Source: Nitrososphaerota archaeon (GTDB taxonomy: Archaea; Thermoproteota; Nitrososphaeria_A; Caldarchaeales; Calditenuaceae). From it: a stretch of 22,963 nucleotides of DNA. Positions 15,924-22,963 of the stretch are shown here, one piece after another. The DNA lies in assembly GCA_038741355.1 (NCBI GenBank), contig JAVYLC010000025.1, positions 1-22,963 of the forward strand, written 5' to 3'. The stretch's first letter is position 1. Every line of letters begins with the position of its first letter. The notes beneath the pieces were generated by a model that searched no databases, was not told the origin of the DNA, and saw nothing but the letters and a program-made list of their open reading frames with translations. The translations under genes were made by a program, and so were the position numbers.

Positions 15924-16343
15924 TTAGATCCTCCTTAGCTCGCCAACCAATATTGCCAGGCCTATAATAGCCGCCAGCAAGCCAAATAGGCTCGTAAAAA
16001 GCTTGGAGAGTGATGGAAGACTCCAGACAAACCACTCCCAAGGCCTGACATCTATGATTCCAACGCCTACAATAAGCAGGATGAGGCCGGCGGCAAGGGG
16101 GAAGAGCCTGGGAATATCTACGTGGGGTGAGAGCGGGGAGACTCCGCCCTTACGCGGTATGATTATTGCGGCTACACAATACAGTGAGATCATGGGGATA
16201 GGGGCCAACAGGGTTAAAGCAACGCCCACCAGCCTCAGAATGTTGGGGTCCACGTTAAAGTACTCGCCCAGCCCGCCGAAAACCCCCGCCATGACCCTAT
16301 CCCTACTTGACCGTTCTAATGCCTTAGACGAACTAAGATTCAC
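15924..16343 (-). CDS. PspC-domain membrane protein
   Basis: 139 aa with a GTG start. RVMAGVFGGLGEYFNVDPNILRLVGVALTLL is a PspC domain, followed by further transmembrane helices. Confidence 0.75.
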   Translation of the reverse strand: MNLSSSKALERSSRDRVMAGVFGGLGEYFNVDPNILRLVGVALTLLAPIPMISLYCVAAIIIPRKGGVSPLSPHVDIPRLFPLAAGLILLIVGVGIIDVRPWEWFVWSLPSLSKLFTSLFGLLAAIIGLAILVGELRRI

Positions 16344-16427
16344 GGACCTCCAATATTTGCAACGCCTTTAAACTTTTGGAGAGGAGGATGAGATTTATCC
16401 ATCTTTAAATCTCGGGCTGCGTATGGA

Positions 16428-16766
16428 GTGGCCGTGGGGAAGAGGAAGATAATCGCTGAACCAAAGGAGTTGGAGAATATGCCAGAGCCCGGACCAGACG
16501 ATGTATATGGAGTGATATCGAAAATGGTTGGGTATGATAAAGTGATAGTAGATTGCTCGGATGGCAAGCAGAGGCTCTGTAGGATTCGGGGTCAGCTCAA
16601 GAGGAAGATATGGGTTAAGGAGGGTGACCTCGTCCTTGTAAGCCCCTGGGACTTCCAGAAGGACACGCGAGGCGATATATGGTGGAGGTTCACGAAGAAT
16701 CAGGCCCTCAGCCTCGCGCAGAAAGGTGTTCTACCAGAGTTTCTAAGGGCTCGGATAGAAAGGTAG
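16428..16766 (+). CDS. eif1a: Translation initiation factor aIF-1A
   Basis: 112 aa with an S1-like OB fold: VYGVISKMVGYDKVIVDCSDGKQRLCRIRGQLKRKIWVKEGDLVLVSPWDFQ. GTG start, with a TTTAAAT box at 16404-16410. Confidence 0.9.
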   Translation: MAVGKRKIIAEPKELENMPEPGPDDVYGVISKMVGYDKVIVDCSDGKQRLCRIRGQLKRKIWVKEGDLVLVSPWDFQKDTRGDIWWRFTKNQALSLAQKGVLPEFLRARIER

Positions 16767-16825
16767 CCTAGAGTGGTTAATTGTTCTTAATTTAAATAGG
16801 GCTGAGTGAAAAATTATCCGGTAGC

Positions 16826-18211
16826 ATGTCTAAGGATGGTGAATCAGAGGGGTATCAGATGCTGATCGACAGATTGAGGGTCAGGGGGCTGGAGAGCTAT
16901 AAGACCCTCGAATATGTGACGAATCCACTCTACGTTAAACACCATGAGAGATTGTCAGTAGATGACGAGTGGATAAGGTCTATAAGTGGATCAAGGGATG
17001 ACAAACTCCCTGAGCGTTTTACACCCCTGTTAGAGAAGCGTGATGAGCCGATTGCAATACACCTCACAGGGAAAACTGTTACAGTGAATGTTCCCGAGGA
17101 GCTGGCCGGGAAAGGAGTTGTGGTAGAGACTCTTTGGGATGCGCTAAGGCGTAGGCCCGAGCTGGTTGAGAAGATGCTTACAGAGTATTGTTTTAGGCCC
17201 GAGGAGGATAAGCTGGTGGGCCTAATCTATAGCGCGATAAACTCTGGCTTGGTGGTCTATATTCCCGATAAGCTGGATAAGGACGTGAAGGTCAGGCTGA
17301 TCTGGTTAACTGGTGAAGATAATGGAGTAACCTCCGCTGTCACGCTAGTCTATGCTGGAGCTGACTCACGAGTATCGGTGTTGGAGGAGCATTACTCGTA
17401 TGGAGCGGGTGAGAAGTCCTTTGTGGGACACATCATCACAATCTTCTGTGGGGAAAACTCGTCAGTGAAGCACGCCCTCTTCAACAACCTTTCAAGCAAT
17501 ACAGAAGTGGCAATATATAGGCGCTCATACACCATGAACTATGCCTCACAGACATGGATTGGCGCAGACCTGGGAGGAGGAGTCTCCAAATCACATGTCG
17601 ACAATATATTGGTAGGTAATGGAGCGCGTGCCGATACACTAGAAGTTGCAATGGCCTCAGGGTCACAGAGGCTCGACGTAACCGCGAACTTGATCCATAA
17701 AGGTGAGGGAACCACGGGCAGAGTAATGGTGAAAGGCTTGGGGCTTGACACCTCGCGAATAATCTTTAAGGGCATTATAAAGATCGAGCGGAGCGCTAAG
17801 AACACCAGCGCCTATCTAGCAGAGCACGCTATGCTCCTCAGTCCCAGCGCTAGGGCCGACGCAATACCAGGACTTGAGATAGAGAGCGATAATGTTAAGG
17901 CGACACACTCAGCCAGCGTAAGTCAGGTAGACCCAGAACACATCTGGTATCTGATGACTAGGGGATTAAGCCGTGACGAGGCGATTAGACTGGTCGCGAT
18001 GGGCTTTTTTGAGCCTGTTATAAGCCAGATAGATGTCTCCGAGGTCCGTTGGAGCATGAGGCATATGCTGGAGAATAAGTGGCTGAGATCGGGTGAGAAA
18101 GCGATGGACTTGGAAACCCTGATGGACATATATGTGGAGCCTGAAGATGTGGGAAAGAGGGTGGAGGACATCTTCGGGACACACTACAAGTATGTGTATG
18201 GTAAAGGTTAG
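16826..18211 (+). CDS. SufB/SufD-family Fe-S cluster assembly protein (SufD-like)
   Basis: 461 aa. The C-terminal beta-helix region is ...LIHKGEGTTGRVMVKGLGLDTSRIIFKGIIKIERSAKNTSAYLAEHAMLLSPSARADAIPGLEIESDNVKATHSASVSQVDPEHIWYLMTRGLSRDEA... It lacks the cysteine context I associate with SufB. Confidence 0.78.
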   Translation: MSKDGESEGYQMLIDRLRVRGLESYKTLEYVTNPLYVKHHERLSVDDEWIRSISGSRDDKLPERFTPLLEKRDEPIAIHLTGKTVTVNVPEELAGKGVVVETLWDALRRRPELVEKMLTEYCFRPEEDKLVGLIYSAINSGLVVYIPDKLDKDVKVRLIWLTGEDNGVTSAVTLVYAGADSRVSVLEEHYSYGAGEKSFVGHIITIFCGENSSVKHALFNNLSSNTEVAIYRRSYTMNYASQTWIGADLGGGVSKSHVDNILVGNGARADTLEVAMASGSQRLDVTANLIHKGEGTTGRVMVKGLGLDTSRIIFKGIIKIERSAKNTSAYLAEHAMLLSPSARADAIPGLEIESDNVKATHSASVSQVDPEHIWYLMTRGLSRDEAIRLVAMGFFEPVISQIDVSEVRWSMRHMLENKWLRSGEKAMDLETLMDIYVEPEDVGKRVEDIFGTHYKYVYGKG

Positions 18212-18261
18212 ACCGGCTTCAAGCGACCGATATTATTCTGACCGCTGACACGAGTAATGTC

Positions 18262-18269
18262 TATATAAA
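18262..18269 (+). promoter_or_regulatory. TATA-like box upstream of smc
   Basis: TATATAAA lies about 35 nt upstream of ATG 18300. Confidence 0.4.
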
Positions 18270-18299
18270 CCCGCGACATTCAATGACGAAAAACGGATA

Positions 18300-21200
18300 A
18301 TGGTTTACATCAAGCGAATCACGATTCAGGGTTTTAAGTCCTTTGGGTCTAAGAGAGTCGTTATAAAGCCTGAGAAAGGGTTCGTGGTCATCACAGGACC
18401 CAATGGCGGCGGTAAAAGCAATGTTTTAGACGCGATAAAGTTCAGCCTCGGGGAGCTGAGCAACAACGCGTTAAGGGTTGGGAAGCTTTCAGACCTTATA
18501 CATGAGAATAATGGTAGGCGCTTAGGCCAAGCAACAGTGACCCTTGCCCTGGATAACACTGACAGAGCTCTCCCTATAGACGCTGATGAGGTAACAATCT
18601 CTAGGACGATTCTAAGCAGTGGAGAGAGCGTCTACAGGGTAAATGGAAAAACAGTTTCTAGGAATGAGCTCCTATCAATCCTAGCTTCAGCAAACATCAG
18701 GCCAAGCGGATTCAACATCATAACCCAGGGGGCAGTCCTAAGCATTGCCGAAAAAAGCCCTGAAGAGCTGCGGAGAATCATAGACGAGGTTGCAGGAGTA
18801 TCCGAGTTTGATCGCCGCAAGGCAGAGGCTATGAAAGAGCTTGAGGTTGCTGAGAAGAATGTAGCCATTGCACGGGCTGGTCTCAACGAGCTGCGAAGTC
18901 GTGTGAAGCAGCTAGAGGTTGAGATGAGCAGACTATCTAGAAACCAGCTCATCTCTAGATACCTCTCTCAGCTGAGGAGGCAAAAGCTTTTGGAAGAGCT
19001 CAGAGAACTGGATAGCAAAGTCTCATCCCTCGAAGATGAGGAGCGCTTACTCGAGGGGGAGCGGGCAAGAGTTTCACAGCTCGTTGAAAATCTGCTGAAG
19101 GAAAGACAAGACAAGCTTCTAAGGGCTAAAAACGTAGAAGCCGAGCTAGCCGAGATCCAAAATAGAATAAGTAGCATGCGGCTAATGAATCAGAGTCAAG
19201 GAACACCCCTCGAGTCGCTTAAATCATCGATAAGAAGCGAGGGTATCAGATACTCCAAGATGAAACTAGAGATTCTCGAGTCCTCGAGAAGTATCCAAGC
19301 AATGAGATTAGAAATCAACACGCTAGAGGAGGAGTATGGCGTAGTTAAAGAGAGATACCAGCGACATGTAAGCGAGCTTGAAGAGCTGGAACGGCTCCTA
19401 AAGGAGCTTAAGGATCAGCGCTCTGGGCTGCTTGACTCATTAAAGAAATGGAGGGAAACCGTTTCCTCCGTTGAGGCGCAGAGATCTAACTTAGCAAAGG
19501 AGCTGAGCCAGATAGAGGCTAAAATAGCTCTGACTGAGCAGAAGATCGGCGAAATCTCGCAGAGAATGGCAGAAGATGAAAAAGCGCTTGATAAGATTAG
19601 GTCTGATAAGGGCATTGTAGAGGCAGAACTAGATCATGGTCGGGCGTTGCTTGAGGATTTAAGCAATCTGTCAACCCAGTTAAACAGCGATTTACAGAGA
19701 CTCTCGTCAAAGATAAGACACTACGAGGACTTGAATGGGGAAGCTAAGGGACGGGTCGAAGATTTATTGAGGCTAAGGGCGGAGGTTGAAGGGGCCTTAG
19801 AAGTTTTGGGCATAGGTGAGGGGGTTAATGACATATCTAAGGGTTGCCCGGCTCCAAGCCACCCCAAACTCTTCAGGCTCAGGGATAGTATCCAGAGCCT
19901 CAGCACCACCCTTCCTAAACTCTTACCATATATCCTCGACTATCTCGACGCGTTGATCGTTGAGAGAGACCGTCTCGCCTTAGCCCTCGCTAGGGTTGCG
20001 GCGGCTAGAGGGGTCAGGTTATCAGTGATAAGCCTTGAGGGCGGTGAAGATAAAGGATGCAGCGGCGACAAATGCCTAGCCTGCAACCTAGCGGGAAAAA
20101 ACACACAGCTCAAAAGCATACTCCACTCGATCTTTCCAAGACACGTACTAGGGACTGATGGCTGGCTTGAGTCTGAACAGCCTACCATAACCCAAGACGG
20201 CATACACTATAATGGGCATGGTCTATTCCAGGTCCTCACACAGGTAGGCTTAAAGAGACGATTGGAGAGGCTCAAGGCCGAGGTTGAGGAAACTATCAAG
20301 ACTGTTGAGGGAGTTAGTGCGGAGTGTACAGAAGCCCTCAGCAGGTTGAGGGAAGAGTATAAGCTAGTCGAAGGCAAGGTCATAAACACCATTGTTCAGA
20401 GACAGGGGGCTGAGGCGCGTTTAAGAGGCCTTTCCCAAAGACTTGAAGAGCTACAGGATGAGGAGAAGAGGGTAGCCGAGAAAATCAAGGGCTTGAGAAA
20501 CGAGCTCGCAAACCTAGAAAGCCTCCGGAACCATCTCTATGAAAATCTTGAGAGAGTTAGAGGAAGGATTGATGAGATTAGGGAGCCTGAGGAGATGGGT
20601 GTAGGGACCCTCCAGACCCAGCTTGAAGACCTAAACTCCCAGATAAACGTCCTCGAACGTAAGGTCGGGGAAGTGAGCACTACTGCCAAGTCTCTCAGGG
20701 AGCAGCTAGAGCGGATAGAAAATAGGCGCAACCAACTAGTCGGGAAAATAGGGCAGATTGAAAGAGATGTTGAGAGACTGTGGCGGGAGGCAGAGGATTC
20801 TAAGAAAAGGTTGGCCAGCTATGCGCGGCTCTACCTGGAGTCTTGGAGAAAGTTCTCTGAGAAGGGTGATGAGCTTGGCGCATTGTCCAGGAGGGTTTCT
20901 GAACTGCTAAAAATTAGGGGCGCCTTGGGTGAGGAGTTGGCGGTCCTCGAGAACAGCATTGAGAAGGGACGGCAAGAGCTGCTATCAATTGAGTCAAGGG
21001 CTCGGAACCTGGCGGTGGCACGGGTGGAGCTAACCATGAGGAGGAACTCTGTATTTGAGCGCCTATCCTCGATGACTGAGCCTCCTCTAGAAGATTTATC
21101 GCTACTCCCCCCCGAGCTTAAGGAGAGCGTCGAGAAGGAGCTAGAGGTCGAGCTGAGCGAGATAGGAATGGTGAACCAGCTCGCCTCTATACAGTATTCA

Positions 21201-21755
21201 GAGCAGATAGTAGAGTATAGGGGCCGGTCTGGGAACGTGGCGCTGCTCGAGGAGGAGAGGAGGAAGATACTTGAGATATTGGAGATGCTTGATGCAAAGA
21301 AGCTGGAGGTCTTCATGAAGACTTTCAGCAGGATCTCTGAGGGGTTTGGGAAGTATTTCTTCGCTCTCACTGGGGGGTCAGCATGGCTCGAGTTCTCAGA
21401 CCCGGACGAACCCCTACAATCTGGGGTTGAGATGGTTGTTGCATTTCCCGGGAAGTCGCCTAGGCCGTCAAGGAGTATTAGTGGGGGTGAAAAGTCTGTC
21501 GCTGCTGTGGCTCTCTTAATGGCCTTCCAAGGTCTGACCCCTGTCGACTTCTTGATAATGGATGAGGTGGACGCCCACATGGATGCGAACTACAGCAAGA
21601 ATTTGGCATCCCTCTTGAAGGAGTTCTCCAAGAGGGCGCAGGTCATTGCAGTGAGTCTGAAGGATGTTATCGCTGAGAAGGGTGATCAGCTTATCGGGGT
21701 ATACAATCAGGAGGGTGAGTCTAGAATTGTTGTCACGAGGCTCGAGGAGAGTTAA
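18300..21755 (+). CDS. smc: SMC chromosome segregation ATPase
   Basis: 1151 aa. It has Walker A (GPNGGGKSN), a Q-loop (ITQG), two long heptad-rich coiled-coil arms, a central non-coil hinge (about aa 500-650), the signature ISGGEKS and Walker B (FLIMDEVDAHMD). It is followed by scpA and scpB. Confidence 0.9.
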   Translation: MVYIKRITIQGFKSFGSKRVVIKPEKGFVVITGPNGGGKSNVLDAIKFSLGELSNNALRVGKLSDLIHENNGRRLGQATVTLALDNTDRALPIDADEVTISRTILSSGESVYRVNGKTVSRNELLSILASANIRPSGFNIITQGAVLSIAEKSPEELRRIIDEVAGVSEFDRRKAEAMKELEVAEKNVAIARAGLNELRSRVKQLEVEMSRLSRNQLISRYLSQLRRQKLLEELRELDSKVSSLEDEERLLEGERARVSQLVENLLKERQDKLLRAKNVEAELAEIQNRISSMRLMNQSQGTPLESLKSSIRSEGIRYSKMKLEILESSRSIQAMRLEINTLEEEYGVVKERYQRHVSELEELERLLKELKDQRSGLLDSLKKWRETVSSVEAQRSNLAKELSQIEAKIALTEQKIGEISQRMAEDEKALDKIRSDKGIVEAELDHGRALLEDLSNLSTQLNSDLQRLSSKIRHYEDLNGEAKGRVEDLLRLRAEVEGALEVLGIGEGVNDISKGCPAPSHPKLFRLRDSIQSLSTTLPKLLPYILDYLDALIVERDRLALALARVAAARGVRLSVISLEGGEDKGCSGDKCLACNLAGKNTQLKSILHSIFPRHVLGTDGWLESEQPTITQDGIHYNGHGLFQVLTQVGLKRRLERLKAEVEETIKTVEGVSAECTEALSRLREEYKLVEGKVINTIVQRQGAEARLRGLSQRLEELQDEEKRVAEKIKGLRNELANLESLRNHLYENLERVRGRIDEIREPEEMGVGTLQTQLEDLNSQINVLERKVGEVSTTAKSLREQLERIENRRNQLVGKIGQIERDVERLWREAEDSKKRLASYARLYLESWRKFSEKGDELGALSRRVSELLKIRGALGEELAVLENSIEKGRQELLSIESRARNLAVARVELTMRRNSVFERLSSMTEPPLEDLSLLPPELKESVEKELEVELSEIGMVNQLASIQYSEQIVEYRGRSGNVALLEEERRKILEILEMLDAKKLEVFMKTFSRISEGFGKYFFALTGGSAWLEFSDPDEPLQSGVEMVVAFPGKSPRPSRSISGGEKSVAAVALLMAFQGLTPVDFLIMDEVDAHMDANYSKNLASLLKEFSKRAQVIAVSLKDVIAEKGDQLIGVYNQEGESRIVVTRLEES

Positions 21756-22386
21756 GCCTGAGGATATTGACTGGCACATCCTTTTAGCCGTTCATCTACT
21801 AAGTAAACCCATCATACTCCGGCTTAACCTCCTATCACTTCTCTCCCAGTTTCGAGAGGTGGTTTCCTCCGAGCAGCTAACTCTCCCGCAGGAGGGTGTG
21901 GCACTCTGGGGAGCCTCATACATCCACCGCCTGAGAACAGAGCACCTCTTCCAGCCCCCAAGAGAGCCCGAGGCTAAGCCGAAGCCTAACTTAATCGTAC
22001 CACCGATAATAGACATACCCGTTAAACCCGGAATGCTCTCAACAACCATCTTAGAGATAGTTGACGCGCTTAGATTTGTCATGGAATCTGCAACACCTAC
22101 ACCAACGGCAACGAAGATGCTACAGACAGACATAATCCTAGACAGCTACTTGGTCAAGATTGAGGAGGAGATCGAAGACTTCATAAAATTTCTTGAAAGC
22201 CTTCTCGCCGAAGCAGATATCTTCCCAATAATAGAGCTCTTCCGAGGGGTGGATAGGCTTGAGGCAGCTAGAAGATTTATTCTCCTGCTCATCGCGGCTG
22301 GAAGGGGTGTAGTAGAGCTATACGAGGACGAGCAGACAGGACGAATATTCCTGAAGAGGAGGGAGCCTAATGTCCAGGAGAGCTAA
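21664..22386 (+). CDS. scpA: Segregation and condensation protein A (kleisin ScpA)
   Basis: The C-terminal winged-helix-like segment is RLEAARRFILLLIAAGRGVVELYEDEQTGRIFLKR. The N-terminus has ...LELLSRGSRRVKPEDIDWH... The start is ambiguous: ATG 21664, GTG 21682 or GTG 21715. All three overlap the smc 3' end. Confidence 0.7.
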   Translation: MLSLRRVISLSGYTIRRVSLELLSRGSRRVKPEDIDWHILLAVHLLSKPIILRLNLLSLLSQFREVVSSEQLTLPQEGVALWGASYIHRLRTEHLFQPPREPEAKPKPNLIVPPIIDIPVKPGMLSTTILEIVDALRFVMESATPTPTATKMLQTDIILDSYLVKIEEEIEDFIKFLESLLAEADIFPIIELFRGVDRLEAARRFILLLIAAGRGVVELYEDEQTGRIFLKRREPNVQES

Positions 22387-22963
22387 GCTTGGGGCCGAGG
22401 GGCGGAGTGAGGCCCTTGCCAAGCCCATAATTGAGGCAGCTCTCTTCTTGAGTGACAGGCCATTAACACTGGAGAGGCTTCGATTGATCTCTGGCTTGAA
22501 GAGTAGGAAGAAGGTGGAGGCACTCCTAGAGGAGCTGAAAAAGGAGTATGAGGAGACTGGGAGGGCTTTCACCATCTCTAAGCTTCGGGGGGAGAGATTT
22601 ATGATGCATGTTAAGCCTGAGTGGCTCGCGCTTGTCAAAAGGCATGTAGGCAAGGCGGTCCTGGGTGTAGGTGTTCTCAGGACCCTCTCATTCATTGCCT
22701 ATCACCAGCCAGTGGACAAGTCTACCGTGGCCGCGGTTAGGGGTGGCAGGGCCTATGCCCAGATAAGAGAGCTGGTTGAGCGCGGGTTAGTCGAGATAGA
22801 GAAGAAGGGGCGCACCTCCCTGCTAAAAACGACAAAGCTCTTCGCAGAGCTTTTAGGCGTGGAGGATAACCCCGCCGCCATAAGGCGGAAGATACAGGAG
22901 ACCATGCCGCGCCTAACCGAGCAGTCAACAACAGTGGAAGGGGAAAAGAAGTTGGGTACATAT
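22370..22963 (+). CDS. scpB: Segregation and condensation protein B (ScpB), 3'-truncated by the window edge
   Basis: This open frame is absent from the ORF track because it has no stop in the window. It reads MSRRAKLGAEGRSEALAKPIIEAALFLSDRPLTLERLRLISG...LRTLSFIAYHQPVDKSTVAAVRGGRAYAQIRELVERGLVEI..., typical of the tandem winged-helix ScpB. The ATG overlaps the scpA end by 17 nt. Confidence 0.8.
   Translation, partial: MSRRAKLGAEGRSEALAKPIIEAALFLSDRPLTLERLRLISGLKSRKKVEALLEELKKEYEETGRAFTISKLRGERFMMHVKPEWLALVKRHVGKAVLGVGVLRTLSFIAYHQPVDKSTVAAVRGGRAYAQIRELVERGLVEIEKKGRTSLLKTTKLFAELLGVEDNPAAIRRKIQETMPRLTEQSTTVEGEKKLGTY

Noticed and set aside
20831-21580. A 249-aa ORF antisense to smc, plus many 60-106 aa antisense ORFs across 18326-21779.
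   Set aside because: The translations are Ser/Leu-rich and low-complexity, as expected from the reverse complement of GAG/AAG/CTC-rich coiled-coil codons. They have no motifs or promoter context and lie wholly inside a well-supported gene.
18300-21755. An SMC-like ATPase as part of a defence system (Wadjet/Lamassu-type).
   Set aside because: It is directly followed by canonical scpA and scpB and has no nuclease or JetABCD-like partners. It is housekeeping condensin.
1-22963. CRISPR arrays or other long nucleotide-level direct repeats.
   Set aside because: No regularly spaced repeats were seen on reading the window. The only tandem repeats are the 7-mer and 8-mer duplications noted above and the protein-level repeats in the metzincin gene.

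Overview
This window looks like an archaeal chromosomal core region, probably crenarchaeal/Thermoproteota-type. The evidence is eS4, an RNase P Rpp29 gene embedded among ribosomal protein genes, aIF-1A, a tRNA intron with a bulge-helix-bulge motif, and AT-rich TATA-like boxes about 25-35 nt upstream of many start codons. From left to right it contains: (1) a broken small zinc-ribbon ORF; (2) a VIT1/CCC1-type transporter on the minus strand; (3) a ribosomal protein block uL22-uS3-uL29-Rpp29-uS17-uL14-uL24-eS4-uL5; (4) an 864-877 aa membrane-anchored metzincin ([11 protein letters not shown]) with about 7 tandem beta-repeat domains; (5) a convergent solitary uS12 gene; (6) a roughly 1.7 kb decayed stretch holding an HhH-GPD glycosylase fragment and a multiply frameshifted LAGLIDADG endonuclease pseudogene; (7) an intron-containing tRNA-Tyr, a MarC-family membrane protein and tRNA-Thr; (8) an SDR epimerase / class-V aminotransferase / DUF4432 trio; (9) DUF424, a polyprenol-kinase-like protein and a PspC-domain protein on the minus strand; (10) aIF-1A and a SufB/D-family protein; (11) an smc-scpA-scpB operon, with scpB running off the right edge. 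Most of the window is housekeeping. I see no CRISPR array, intact mobile element or recognisable defence system. The items most worth follow-up are the repeat-rich surface metzincin that replaces the distal half of the ribosomal protein operon, the decayed island next to tRNA-Tyr, the unusually compact Cys-containing SMC hinge, and the uncharacterised SDR/aminotransferase/DUF4432 cluster. All family assignments come from motif recognition by eye, and no database searches were run.
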